A DNA stretch of 38,687 bases. Origin: Cyanobacteria bacterium P01_A01_bin.123 (lineage in GTDB: Bacteria; Cyanobacteriota; Cyanobacteriia; Phormidesmidales; Phormidesmidaceae). The number at the start of each line of letters is the position of its first letter. Position 1 is the stretch's first letter. The notes beneath the pieces were generated by a model. The model was given only the letters and a program-made list of their open reading frames with translations, was not told the DNA's origin and did no database searches. The translations under genes and the position numbers were made by a program. The stretch spans positions 1-38,687 of the forward strand of contig JBCBZT010000061.1 of NCBI GenBank assembly GCA_039815185.1, in the 5' to 3' direction. Below, in pieces: positions 13,083-23,119 of the stretch.

Positions 13083-15767
13083 GTGAGCAGTTTCAACGCG
13101 AAGCAATCTCTCTCTGTTCACGGCAATTCTTACGTAATCTATAGCCTTGACGAAGCCGCAAAGACGTTGGGCGATCTCAGTCGCTTGCCCTACAGTCTCA
13201 AGGTCTTGTTGGAAAATTTGCTGCGGAACGAAGATGGCCGTACGGTTACGGCTGAGGATATCCAGGCCGTCGCCGATTGGTTGCAAACCCAAAGCTCCAC
13301 CCGAGAAATCGCCTACCGTCCAGCGCGGGTGTTGATGCAAGACTTTACTGGGGTGCCTGCCGTAGTCGATTTAGCGGCGATGCGCGATGCCATTGTCAAC
13401 CTCGGCGGTGACGCCGATAAAATCAATCCCCTCTCTCCGGTGGACTTGGTGATTGACCACTCGGTGATGGTGGATAGCTTTGGCAGCAGCAACGCCTTTT
13501 TAGACAACGTAAAGTATGAGTTTCAGCGTAACCAAGAGCGCTATGCCTTCTTGCGCTGGGGGCAAAACGCCTTTGATAACTTCCGCGTCGTGCCGCCAGG
13601 GACAGGCATCTGCCACCAGGTGAATCTAGAATACTTGGCTCAAACTGTTTGGACCAAAGACGTTGATGGCGAAACCGTGGCCTACCCCGATACGTTGGTG
13701 GGCACCGACAGCCACACCACGATGATCAACGGGCTATCTGTCTTGGGCTGGGGCGTGGGCGGCATTGAGGCAGAAGCCGCCATGTTGGGGCAACCGATTT
13801 CAATGTTGATTCCTGAGGTGGTGGGCTTTAAACTGACGGGTCAGTTGCCTGAAGGGGCAACGGCTACCGATCTGGTGCTAACTGTGGTTGAAATGCTGCG
13901 CAACCATGGGGTCGTGGGCAAGTTTGTAGAGTTCTATGGCGATGGCTTATCAAACCTCACCCTGGCCGATCGCGCCACGATCAGCAATATGGCACCGGAA
14001 TATGGGGCCACCTGCGGTTTCTTCCCGATTGACCGTGAGACGCTGCATTATCTGGAATTTTCGGGACGTGAGCCAGAAAGAGTTGCTTTAGTCGAAGCCT
14101 ATGCTAAGGCTCAAGGACTCTGGCGCGAAGATGATACCCCAGACCCAATTTTTACGGCTACCCTGTCACTAGACTTGGCAACTGTAGAACCGTCTTTAGC
14201 GGGGCCAAAACGTCCCCAAGACCGAGTGTTGCTCTCTAACTTAGCAGAACAGTTCAAGACGTCTGATTTCCCCAGTTTCAGTGGTTTGGCGTCCTACTCA
14301 GATAAGCGTTCGGTGCCTGTAGGTGGGACTGATTATGCCTTGGAAGACGGGGCGGTCGCGATCGCGGCCATTACCAGTTGTACCAATACATCCAATCCCT
14401 CCGTCATGATCGGGGCCGGGTTAGTGGCCCGCAAGGCAGCTGAGAAAGGTTTAAAAGTAAAACCGTGGGTCAAAACCTCCCTAGCCCCGGGTAGCCAAGT
14501 GGTGTCAGATTATCTAGAAAAAGCCGGACTCCAGCAAGACCTGGATGCTCTCGGGTTTAACCTGGTGGGCTATGGCTGCACCACCTGCATCGGCAACTCT
14601 GGCCCCTTGCCTGAACCCATCGTCAACGCCATCAATGAAAAAGACTTAGTGGTGGGTGCAGTGCTCTCCGGCAACCGCAACTTTGAGGGTCGCGTTAGCC
14701 CCCACACAAAGGCCAATTATTTAGCCTCACCGCCGTTGGTGGTTGCCTACGCGATCGCAGGCAACCTCTCCATCGACCTCAAAATCGAACCCCTCGGCAC
14801 CGACAGCGACGGCAATCCGGTCTATCTGAAAGATATTTGGCCTTCCACTGACGAAATTAAAGCTGTGATGGCCGAAGCTATTACACCCGAGATGTTCCGG
14901 AGTCGTTACGGCAATGTTTTTAAGGGTACTGAAGCTTGGCAAGACATCGACACCGTCGATAGCCAAACCTACACTTGGGCAGATGAAAGCACCTACGTCC
15001 AAAATCCACCCTATTTTGCAGGCATGAGTGCCGAAACTAACGGTCAAGCCACCAGCGATATCAAAAACGCACGGCCTTTGGCTATTTTGGGCGACAGCAT
15101 CACCACAGACCACATTTCTCCGGCTGGCGCAATTAAAAAAGAAAGTCCGGCGGGCAGCTATTTGGTCAGCAATAATGTGGTGCCGATGGACTTCAACTCC
15201 TACGGTTCGCGGCGCGGTAACCATGAAGTCATGATGCGCGGCACCTTTGCCAATATTCGACTCAAAAACGAAATGGTGCCCGGTTCTTCCGGTGGCGTTA
15301 CCCGTTTCATGCCGGATGGTCAAGAGATGTCGATTTACGATGCGGCAATGAAGTACCACGCTGCCGCCACGCCCCTGGTAGTGATTGCGGGTAAAGAATA
15401 CGGCACAGGCTCATCCCGCGACTGGGCTGCTAAGGGCACTCGACTGCTCGGGGTCAAAGCTGTTGTGGCCGAGAGCTACGAGCGGATTCACCGCTCTAAC
15501 CTTTTGGGCATGGGCGTTCTGCCTCTCCAGTTCACCGAGGGGAACAATCGTCAAACGCTCAAACTAGACGGCAGCGAGACTTTTGATATCACTGGGTTGA
15601 ACGGGGGAATCAACCCCGGTATGACCGTGACGATGACAGTGCATCGCATTGACAGCAGTACTTCAGCAGTACCACTGTTGTGCCGCATCGACACCCTAGA
15701 CGAGGTGGAGTACTACCGCAACGGTGGTATTTTACATTACGTCTTGCGGCAATTGTTGGCTGCGTAA
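13083..15767 (+). CDS. acnA: Aconitate hydratase A (AcnA/IRP family)
   Basis: [20 protein letters not shown], Fe-S ligands in [12 protein letters not shown] and [37 protein letters not shown] 13083, with GAGG upstream, is the likely start rather than 12999. Confidence 0.96.
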   Translation: MSSFNAKQSLSVHGNSYVIYSLDEAAKTLGDLSRLPYSLKVLLENLLRNEDGRTVTAEDIQAVADWLQTQSSTREIAYRPARVLMQDFTGVPAVVDLAAMRDAIVNLGGDADKINPLSPVDLVIDHSVMVDSFGSSNAFLDNVKYEFQRNQERYAFLRWGQNAFDNFRVVPPGTGICHQVNLEYLAQTVWTKDVDGETVAYPDTLVGTDSHTTMINGLSVLGWGVGGIEAEAAMLGQPISMLIPEVVGFKLTGQLPEGATATDLVLTVVEMLRNHGVVGKFVEFYGDGLSNLTLADRATISNMAPEYGATCGFFPIDRETLHYLEFSGREPERVALVEAYAKAQGLWREDDTPDPIFTATLSLDLATVEPSLAGPKRPQDRVLLSNLAEQFKTSDFPSFSGLASYSDKRSVPVGGTDYALEDGAVAIAAITSCTNTSNPSVMIGAGLVARKAAEKGLKVKPWVKTSLAPGSQVVSDYLEKAGLQQDLDALGFNLVGYGCTTCIGNSGPLPEPIVNAINEKDLVVGAVLSGNRNFEGRVSPHTKANYLASPPLVVAYAIAGNLSIDLKIEPLGTDSDGNPVYLKDIWPSTDEIKAVMAEAITPEMFRSRYGNVFKGTEAWQDIDTVDSQTYTWADESTYVQNPPYFAGMSAETNGQATSDIKNARPLAILGDSITTDHISPAGAIKKESPAGSYLVSNNVVPMDFNSYGSRRGNHEVMMRGTFANIRLKNEMVPGSSGGVTRFMPDGQEMSIYDAAMKYHAAATPLVVIAGKEYGTGSSRDWAAKGTRLLGVKAVVAESYERIHRSNLLGMGVLPLQFTEGNNRQTLKLDGSETFDITGLNGGINPGMTVTMTVHRIDSSTSAVPLLCRIDTLDEVEYYRNGGILHYVLRQLLAA

Positions 15768-15883
15768 TCTTCGACCTCTTATGTTTGGATAGGCACCCAA
15801 GACTTTGCCCATCCCACAGTTGATGTTGCAGACTGGGTACCCAGGACTCCATGTTACGGTATATGAAGTTCTGGTTTACGCCC

Positions 15884-16786
15884 ATGATTTCTTCACCGAT
15901 TGATACTATTGTCCATTCCCAAACCTGGCAATGGCAGGGATTTAAGATTCGCTATCAAAGTGCAGGTCAGACAGGGGCACCAATGCTCTTGATTCATGGA
16001 TTTGGCGCATCTAGTGAACATTGGCGTAAAAACCTGCCCGACTTAGCCCACACGAACCGAGTCTACGCCATTGATTTAATCGGCTTCGGTCAGTCTGCTA
16101 AGCCTACTCCTGGCAACCCGTTGGACTACACCTTTGAAACCTGGGGGCAGCAGATACTGGATTTTTGCAAAACCGTGATTGGCGAACCCGCCTTTTTAGT
16201 GGGCAACTCGATTGGTTGCGTAGTCGCTCTGCAGACAGCAGTGATGGAGTCCGCATGGGTGCAAGGCGTGGCGATGTTGGATTGCTCGTTGCGCCTGCTG
16301 CACGAACGCAAACAAGCAGCTTTACCCTGGTACCGGCGGGCACCCGCCCCTCTGCTCCAAGCGATTTTAGGGAATCGAGCCATTGGTCATTTCTTCTTTT
16401 CTCGCATTGCTCGCCCCCGCTTTATTCGTAACGTCTTGAAGCAAGCCTATGGTCGCAAAGAAGCCGTGACCGACGACTTGGTGCAAAGCTTATTGGCTCC
16501 GGCTCAAGATCAGGGCGCAGCGGATGTGTTTTTGGCCTTTGTTCGATATTCTCAGGGGCCTTTAGCAGAAGATTTACTGCCCCAATTAACCTGCCCTGTA
16601 TTGGTGATATGGGGCGAAGCCGATCCATGGGAGCCGATTGAACTCGGTCGCGCCTTCCAGCAATACGCAGCGGTAGAAGATTTTGTGTCGCTGCCTGGCA
16701 TCGGACATTGTCCCCAAGACGAGGCCCCTGAACTGGTAAACCCACAAATTCGAGATTGGGTCGCTCGGCACAGTGCATCTCCATAG
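15884..16786 (+). CDS. Alpha/beta-fold hydrolase (pheophytinase/dephytylase-like family)
   Basis: LIHGFGAS oxyanion loop, LVGNSIG nucleophile motif, WGEADPW and GHCPQDE. The start could be 15851, 15863 or 15884. Confidence 0.85.
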   Translation: MISSPIDTIVHSQTWQWQGFKIRYQSAGQTGAPMLLIHGFGASSEHWRKNLPDLAHTNRVYAIDLIGFGQSAKPTPGNPLDYTFETWGQQILDFCKTVIGEPAFLVGNSIGCVVALQTAVMESAWVQGVAMLDCSLRLLHERKQAALPWYRRAPAPLLQAILGNRAIGHFFFSRIARPRFIRNVLKQAYGRKEAVTDDLVQSLLAPAQDQGAADVFLAFVRYSQGPLAEDLLPQLTCPVLVIWGEADPWEPIELGRAFQQYAAVEDFVSLPGIGHCPQDEAPELVNPQIRDWVARHSASP

Positions 16787-16838
16787 CCTTAAGCTACGCT
16801 AGCCTAAGCTCAGCCGGACTATCCATCAAGTTGCCAAT

Positions 16839-16868
16839 AAAAAACCCTGTGATGCGCGCATCACAGGG
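16839..16868 (-). terminator. Minus-strand Rho-independent terminator with no minus-strand gene
   Basis: Perfect 24-bp palindrome ccctgtgatgcgcgcatcacaggg, with U6 on the minus side only. Confidence 0.75.
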
Positions 16869-16889
16869 CATGGCAGTCAAACGCTTGTT
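16839..16889 (-). ncRNA. Candidate ~50-nt small RNA
   Basis: Minus-strand TAATAT -10 box (16900-16895), an A start about 7 nt downstream, then the terminator above. Inference only. Confidence 0.4.
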
Positions 16890-17036
16890 AATTGATATTA
16901 GTGTGGCGCAGGTTGATGGTAGCCCTTACCAACTCTGTGCCGATTTATTGATTGTCCTGATTTAATCTGGGCTATTGACCGACAATGCTGATAACGTAGC
17001 TTCTAGAACTAGAGTTAGACGAGTGACATTAAGCCC

Positions 17037-17903
17037 ATGGCGACGGTTTGGGAGCTAGATTTTTACTCACGACCCATTTTGGATGAGAACGAGAAAAAGC
17101 GCTGGGAGGTGCTGATCTGCGAAGGTGCACAGGAGGTTCGAGATGAGCCCGAGTCGCTATTTCGCTACAGCAAGTTTTTGGCGAATACAGAGGTCAATTC
17201 GATTCAGCTGAAGGCGGCGATTGAAGAGGCGATCGCCCAAGCCCCTAGCCCTCCCGACCGGATTCGCTATTTCCGCTATCCGATGCAAAATATGATTGCC
17301 CGAACCTGCGAAGAGATAGGCATCCCGGCCAAACTCAGCCGCCGTACCCTAGCGCTGCAAACGTGGCTCGACTATCGCAATCAGGAAGTCTATCCCAAAG
17401 AGCCCGGCTACAAGCAGTCGGTGGTACCCAGAGTCGCTGCACCACCGCCCCTACCCAAACCGCTGCCCGATGCTTTAGTCGGTCAACAATGGGCCTTGGT
17501 CACCCTTGAAGCCAGCGCTTTTGCCGATATGCCTGACTGGCAAATTGATTTTGGTGAGGGGTTTCCACTGTCGATGGCAGGACTAGAACCGTCGGCTAAA
17601 ATTCCAGGCATCCTGATCTTCTCATCGCGGGCGTTACCTCTAGCTGCCTGGATGTCAGGCTTAGAATTAGCCTCAGTGCAAGTAGATTTGGCGACTCAGC
17701 AACCCCAACTGCTACTCGAAACCGGCGCGATCGACAGTTGGATTTTGGCGAATCTAGCTACGGACAAAACCAGGGCAGAGGCAGAAAACTTCGAAGCAGC
17801 CAAAGCAAAATCTAACCAGGTGCATTTTATTGCGGTTCAAAGTGATCCAGAGGCTGAGGCTTTTACGGGGTTTTGGATGCTGCGATCGCTGATGTTTGGG
17901 TAG
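17037..17903 (+). CDS. Tab2/Atab2 family RNA-binding protein
   Basis: WELDFYSRPILDENEKKRWEVLIC N-terminal signature, RALPLAAWMSGLE and HFIAVQSDP..FTGFW. Confidence 0.93.
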   Translation: MATVWELDFYSRPILDENEKKRWEVLICEGAQEVRDEPESLFRYSKFLANTEVNSIQLKAAIEEAIAQAPSPPDRIRYFRYPMQNMIARTCEEIGIPAKLSRRTLALQTWLDYRNQEVYPKEPGYKQSVVPRVAAPPPLPKPLPDALVGQQWALVTLEASAFADMPDWQIDFGEGFPLSMAGLEPSAKIPGILIFSSRALPLAAWMSGLELASVQVDLATQQPQLLLETGAIDSWILANLATDKTRAEAENFEAAKAKSNQVHFIAVQSDPEAEAFTGFWMLRSLMFG

Positions 17904-17918
17904 TTAGGAGATGGTGAG

Positions 17919-18773
17919 ATGGCAGGGTGGTGGGATGATGGGCCTGAACGACAATCTATCGGGCGGGTTATTGGCACTTATGTGCTGCTGATTGCGATCG
18001 CGATCGCGATGTTATTGCCGCTCATTTGGCTAGTGAGTACGGCGTTTAAGTCTCCGAATGAAAATATTTTTGCCTTTCCACCCCAATTTATTCCCCAGTC
18101 ACCGACCTTCGATAATTTCATTAGGGTATGGCAGACCAACCCCTTTGGCCGCTATTTCGTCAACAGCATTGTGGTGGCAGTGTTGACGGTGGGTTTAAAC
18201 CTACTGTTTTGTTCGTTAGCGGCCTATCCTCTGGCGCGGCTCCAATTTCGGGGACGCGAGGTGATTTTTTCGCTGATTGTTTCCACTATCTTGATTCCAT
18301 TTCAGATCGTGATGATTCCGCTGTATATCTTGACGGTGCAGTTAGGGTTGCGCAACAGCTATTTGGGGTTGATTTTTCCATCCATTGCGTCGGCCTTTGG
18401 TATTTTCTTGCTACGGCAGGCGTTTCAAGGGGTGCCGAAAGAGCTAGAAGAAGCAGCTCGCATGGATGGCTGTTCCGAACTGGGAATTTGGTGGCATGTC
18501 ATGATGCCCTCAGTACGTCCAGCGTTAGTGACCCTGGCTATTTTTGTATTTATTGGCTCGTGGAGCGATTTCCTCTGGCCGCTGATTGTGCTCGATCAGC
18601 CGGAAATGTACACCCTGCCGCTGGGTGTATCGAAATTGGCGGGGAGCTTTTCCCTCGATTGGCGACTGATTGCCGCCGGTTCAGTCATTTCCATTGCGCC
18701 GATTATTGTCTTTTTTGTGATGATGCAGCGGTATATTGTGCCAACTGAATCGGGGAGTGGGGTGAAGGGATAG
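17919..18773 (+). CDS. Carbohydrate ABC transporter permease (MalG/LacG-like)
   Basis: About six transmembrane segments and the EAA loop PKELEEAARMDGCS. Confidence 0.93.
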   Translation: MAGWWDDGPERQSIGRVIGTYVLLIAIAIAMLLPLIWLVSTAFKSPNENIFAFPPQFIPQSPTFDNFIRVWQTNPFGRYFVNSIVVAVLTVGLNLLFCSLAAYPLARLQFRGREVIFSLIVSTILIPFQIVMIPLYILTVQLGLRNSYLGLIFPSIASAFGIFLLRQAFQGVPKELEEAARMDGCSELGIWWHVMMPSVRPALVTLAIFVFIGSWSDFLWPLIVLDQPEMYTLPLGVSKLAGSFSLDWRLIAAGSVISIAPIIVFFVMMQRYIVPTESGSGVKG

Positions 18774-18783
18774 TCACTAAGCC

Positions 18784-18819
18784 AAAACCGGAAACGTCGA
18801 ACCTGACGTTTCCGGTTTT
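18784..18819. terminator. Bidirectional terminator between the convergent permease and ugd genes
   Basis: Perfect 15-bp inverted repeat aaaaccggaaacgtc / gacgtttccggtttt with a 6-nt loop. Confidence 0.9.
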
Positions 18820-18925
18820 AATCCAGTTCTTCAGCGCTCAATTACCATTGCGGTAACTGTGGCCAAGTAAGATGATTGGCATAGCCGCCCTCAAAGGGGC
18901 TAAACCAACCCTAAGGAGCCATCAC

Positions 18926-20311
18926 TTAGCGGCCAATCCCCACATACCGGAAGCCCGCTTCTTCAATCAGGGCCTGATCGAGGAAATTACGGCCATCGAT
19001 CATCACCGGAGCGCTCATCGACTCGGCCATCTTGACGTAGTTCAGATTCTTAAACTGTGTCCAGTCGGTTACTAGCACTAGAGCATCACAACCATCTGCC
19101 AACAATTCAGGATCGGTTTCTACAATTACGCCAGAGAGGCCATTCCGCATACCGCTTTGGGAAATAATCGGGTCATAAGCCTTGACCTTAGCTCCTAAGC
19201 GGTTGAGTTCTTCAATCAAACGTAGTGCTGGTGCATCGCGAAGATCATCGGTATCGGGCTTAAAGGTGAGCCCCAATAGCCCTACAGTCTTACCCTTGAG
19301 AATCTTGAGCACCTGCTGGAGTTTTTCAATGGTGATAATCCGTTGACGCTCGTTGACATTCACTGCTGCTTTCAGCAGTTCTGCCTCATAGCCGTAGTCA
19401 TCAGCAGTATGAATCAGCGCCGACACGTCCTTAGGGAAACAAGAACCACCCCAACCCAGGCCCGCTTGCAAGAACTTACTGCCAATCCGAGAGTCTAGCC
19501 CGATTCCCTTAGCGACTTGGGTAACGTCTGCCCCAACGCGATCGCAGATGTTTGCGACTTCATTGATAAAGCTAATCTTGGTCGCCAAAAACGAGTTGGA
19601 TGCATACTTCACCATTTCCGCTGAACTCAAGTCAGTGGTGACCACAGGCACCTGCGGCAAAGACTTATCTTCAGCTAGTTTGCGCTCAACAATAGGCGTG
19701 TAAAGCTGCTTCATCATCTCAATCGCCTTAGAACTGTTGCTGCCCAGCACAATCCGGTCAGGGTTGAAGGTGTCATAGACGGCAGATCCTTCACGCAAAA
19801 ATTCGGGATTACTGACCACATCAAAATTGGGTTCCGGCGTAGATGCTTCTACGGCAACGCCACCCGCTCCAACTAACGCTTTCTGACGCTCTGCAATCCC
19901 GTCTAACACAATCATCCGCACCCAATCACCAGATCCAATGGGTACCGTTGATTTGTTAACAATCACTTTATAGCCGCCGTTGAGGTGCTCACCAATGCCC
20001 CGCGCCACAGCCTCAACATAGCGTGTGTCACTTTCACCCGTCGGTAGGGCCGGTGTCCCCACAGCAATAAATAAGATTTCACCGTGGCTAACACCATTCG
20101 CCAAATCAACACTGAAAGAGAGTTTGCCACTCTCCATGGAAGATTTCATCAGATCAGACAAGCCAGGCTCATAAATGGGAGACTGACCTGACTGCATCAG
20201 CTTGACTTTCTCTTCGTTGTTGTCGATGCAAATGACGTCATGGCCTGCATGGGCCAAGCAAACACCTGTCACAAGGCCAACGTATCCTGTTCCGATAACA
20301 CAAACACGCAT
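18926..20311 (-). CDS. ugd: UDP-glucose 6-dehydrogenase
   Basis: GTGYVG Rossmann motif, NKSTVP, SNPEFLREG, catalytic GGSCFPKD and FKPDTDDLR. Confidence 0.96.
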   Translation of the reverse strand: MRVCVIGTGYVGLVTGVCLAHAGHDVICIDNNEEKVKLMQSGQSPIYEPGLSDLMKSSMESGKLSFSVDLANGVSHGEILFIAVGTPALPTGESDTRYVEAVARGIGEHLNGGYKVIVNKSTVPIGSGDWVRMIVLDGIAERQKALVGAGGVAVEASTPEPNFDVVSNPEFLREGSAVYDTFNPDRIVLGSNSSKAIEMMKQLYTPIVERKLAEDKSLPQVPVVTTDLSSAEMVKYASNSFLATKISFINEVANICDRVGADVTQVAKGIGLDSRIGSKFLQAGLGWGGSCFPKDVSALIHTADDYGYEAELLKAAVNVNERQRIITIEKLQQVLKILKGKTVGLLGLTFKPDTDDLRDAPALRLIEELNRLGAKVKAYDPIISQSGMRNGLSGVIVETDPELLADGCDALVLVTDWTQFKNLNYVKMAESMSAPVMIDGRNFLDQALIEEAGFRYVGIGR

Positions 20312-20444
20312 AGGGCTTAGTCCTCTTTAGTAGTAATAATGGCGTAAGGGTTTCAAATCAAAAGGTAAGTAGGCATCAGCACAAACTGCAATCAATGCGG
20401 ATGTAGTGCCTCAATCAGCAAATTTTCCGGTCTAGTCTTCTGCA

Positions 20445-21410
20445 CTATACCGAAGCAATGGAGTCAGCTAAGGTATGACCGTCCTGTTCTAAACGGGCAC
20501 GAAAATCTTGAATCGTTAGGGCCAAGCCATCCTTGAGGGGAATGGTCGGTTCCCACCCCAGCCAAGCCTTGGCCCGACTGATGTCAGGCTTGCGACGACG
20601 GGGGTCATCCTGGGGTAGGGGTTCAAATTTAAGCTTGGCATCCGGATTCACCATGTCTTGAATGGTTTGAGCCAGTTGCAAAATCGTGTATTCATCAGGG
20701 TTACCCAGGTTGACTGGCCCGGTATGTTCACCGTTCATTAACCGCATCAACCCATCAACCAGATTGGCGACATAGCAAAAGCTACGAGTTTGGGAGCCAT
20801 CACCATACACGGTAAGGGCTTCTCCCTTGAGCGCTTGAACCACAAAATTGCTAACGACTCGACCATCGTTTTCCAACATGCGCGGGCCATAGGTGTTAAA
20901 AATACGAGCCACGCGAATATCCACGTCATTCTGACGGTGATAATCGAAGGCTAGCGTCTCAGCTACTCGTTTGCCTTCGTCATAACAACTGCGAATACCA
21001 ATGGTATTGACGTTACCCCGGTACTCTTCTGATTGGGGATGCACTTCCGGGTCACCATAAATTTCAGAGGTTGACGCCAATAGGATCCGCGCCTTGACCC
21101 GCTTTGCCAAACCCAACATGTTTAGCGTGCCCATGACATTAGTTTTAATCGTCTTTACCGGATTGTATTGATAATGCACGGGAGAAGCTGGACAGGCCAA
21201 GTGATAAATCTGATCTACCTCTAGGCGAATGGGATCAGTAATATCGTGGCGAATCAGTTCAAAATAGGGATTAGACATCCAACGCAGTACATTGCGCTTA
21301 TGCCCTGTGTAAAAGTTATCTAAACAAACCACTTCATGACCAGCGTCCATGAGCCGATCAATTAGGTGGGAACCAATGAAGCCAGCACCACCTGTGACTA
21401 AAATTCTCAT
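20445..21410 (-). CDS. UDP-glucuronate decarboxylase (UDP-xylose synthase, SDR family)
   Basis: [30 protein letters not shown] and RSCYDEGKR (YxxxK). Upstream of ugd on the same strand. Confidence 0.93.
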   Translation of the reverse strand: MRILVTGGAGFIGSHLIDRLMDAGHEVVCLDNFYTGHKRNVLRWMSNPYFELIRHDITDPIRLEVDQIYHLACPASPVHYQYNPVKTIKTNVMGTLNMLGLAKRVKARILLASTSEIYGDPEVHPQSEEYRGNVNTIGIRSCYDEGKRVAETLAFDYHRQNDVDIRVARIFNTYGPRMLENDGRVVSNFVVQALKGEALTVYGDGSQTRSFCYVANLVDGLMRLMNGEHTGPVNLGNPDEYTILQLAQTIQDMVNPDAKLKFEPLPQDDPRRRKPDISRAKAWLGWEPTIPLKDGLALTIQDFRARLEQDGHTLADSIASV

Positions 21411-22088
21411 AATTTCATCGGGGGTAAAACATCAAGGAATTAAGGAAAGTAAGACTTAGCACTTATTAGGTTCAGGTTGGTAACCTAGAGTTGTTTTCTC
21501 AAAATGCTCTATAAGGTCGAACTAAGGTAGGCTTTAGCAGAACCATATTAACTAACTAAAAGCATGCCCGGTCAATAGCTGAGAACCTGGACAGTTGCAC
21601 CGCTAAAACCGTTCACAAGCCTTCCTTTTAAGTGTATTTTTATACATTGAAATCATTGCCATCGAATTCACAATACTCGTCTTTGATTCAGTTTGGACGC
21701 TAGTTTAATCGGTTAAACTACCTGACTTTTGTAGCAAGCTAACAAAGTCCAGGAAGCTCACAGTGACTTGCAGTCAAAGTTCACCAAAACTTCAATACAC
21801 TCTAAAGGAGTACCCAAAATCGGGGATAACCTATCAGTCTGGGGCAAGCTTGCCAATCGATAGGAATCTTGATCATGACGTCAAGTTCCCGAAATCCAAC
21901 CTTGATTCAAGATTCCTTGACCTTAAAGCTACTTACTTATGGGTTCACGACTAATCTGAGATTTCCCGGAAAAGTTAAGAGTTAGCCAGGATCATCCCCA
22001 AAAAAACCAGGGTATTTTTAAGCATAGGCAACTGCTGCAGCCTGATACAGTGCTAGGTGTCGTTGTCTTTTGAACCGGAGGAGGGCGT

Positions 22089-22970
22089 ATGACATCTCCA
22101 GCAATTCAGTGGTACCCCGGTCACATTGCCAAGGCGGAAAGAGCGCTGGCGGAACAACTTAAGCGGGTTGATGTGATCTTAGAGGTCCGCGATGCCCGGA
22201 TTCCGCTGGCGACCCATCATCCCCGAATTTATCACTGGATCGGCAACCGTGAGCGGGTTTTGGTACTCAATCGCATGGATATGATTTCCGATGGGGTGCG
22301 TGAACAATGGCATCAATGGTTTGAGACCAAAGGAGAGCGGGTCTATTTCATCGACGCAAAGCATGGCAAGGGAATTGAGGCGATCGCCAAAGCCACGCAA
22401 ACTGCAGGGACAACCATGAATCAACGCCGCCGCGATCGCGGCATGAAGCCCCGGCCAGTCAGAGCTGTGGTGCTGGGATTTCCAAATGTAGGCAAATCGG
22501 CATTGATCAACCGCCTGCTTAAACGACGGGTAGTGGAAAGCGCGCGTCGAGCCGGAGTGACGCGCCAGCTGCGATGGGTCCGTTTATCTGATCAGCTAGA
22601 ATTGCTGGACGCCCCAGGGGTGTTACCGGCTCAACTCAAAGATCAAACGGCTGCCCTCAAGTTAGCCATCTGCGACGATATCGGCGAAGCTGCCTACGAT
22701 CACCAACGAGTGGCTGCTGCCTTTGTTGACTTACTCAAGCAGGTTGAAATCTTACCCGGCAATCCCAGATTGACTGAGCTGCTGCGCGATCGCTACAACG
22801 TAGACCCTAAGAGTATTACAGGGGAAGCATTCGTACATCAAATGGCTGCCGTCACCCATAAAAACAATGTTGATCGAGCCGCACGCCAACTTTTGACTGA
22901 TTTTCGCAGAGGTATTTTGGGCAATCTAGCGTTGGACTTACCACCATCCATCAATGGATATTCTTCCTAA
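22089..22970 (+). CDS. ylqF: Ribosome biogenesis GTPase YlqF/RbgA
   Basis: IQWYPGHIAKA, EVRDARIP, GFPNVGKS and LLDAPG (circularly permuted GTPase). GGAGG upstream. Confidence 0.97.
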   Translation: MTSPAIQWYPGHIAKAERALAEQLKRVDVILEVRDARIPLATHHPRIYHWIGNRERVLVLNRMDMISDGVREQWHQWFETKGERVYFIDAKHGKGIEAIAKATQTAGTTMNQRRRDRGMKPRPVRAVVLGFPNVGKSALINRLLKRRVVESARRAGVTRQLRWVRLSDQLELLDAPGVLPAQLKDQTAALKLAICDDIGEAAYDHQRVAAAFVDLLKQVEILPGNPRLTELLRDRYNVDPKSITGEAFVHQMAAVTHKNNVDRAARQLLTDFRRGILGNLALDLPPSINGYSS

Positions 22971-23119
22971 TCACTAGCCCTGAGGTAATCAGATCTTATT
23001 AATCAGCTTAAGGAACTCCGAAGCGCGCGGATTGAGTCAGCTAATACTGAAGGGATTATTACTTATTCATTTTGCTATGGCTTTACGTTTTCTCTTAATC
23101 ACTCCTTGAACCCTATCGC

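Noticed and set aside
14727..15359. 210-aa antisense ORF inside acnA, and similar shadow ORFs in apcE, atpA, dusB and cyaC
   Set aside because: They fully overlap conserved genes, have no recognisable motifs, and are explained by sense-strand codon bias.
16848..16865. CRP box TGTGA...TCACA
   Set aside because: The spacer is 8 nt rather than 6, and the motif is better explained as part of a terminator stem.
16794..16871. 25-aa minus-strand small ORF (MPCDARITGFFIG...)
   Set aside because: It reads through the terminator hairpin and has no ribosome-binding site.
16996..17009. NtcA-like GTA-N8-AAC upstream of tab2
   Set aside because: It has one mismatch and no correctly spaced minus-strand -10 box.
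18128..18748. 206-aa alternative-frame ORF in the permease gene
   Set aside because: It is nested in a well-supported gene, shows no motif, and there is no sign of a frameshift.
21763..21954. 63-aa intergenic ORF
   Set aside because: It has a GTG start, no clear ribosome-binding site and no recognisable motif. It cannot be excluded without ribosome profiling.
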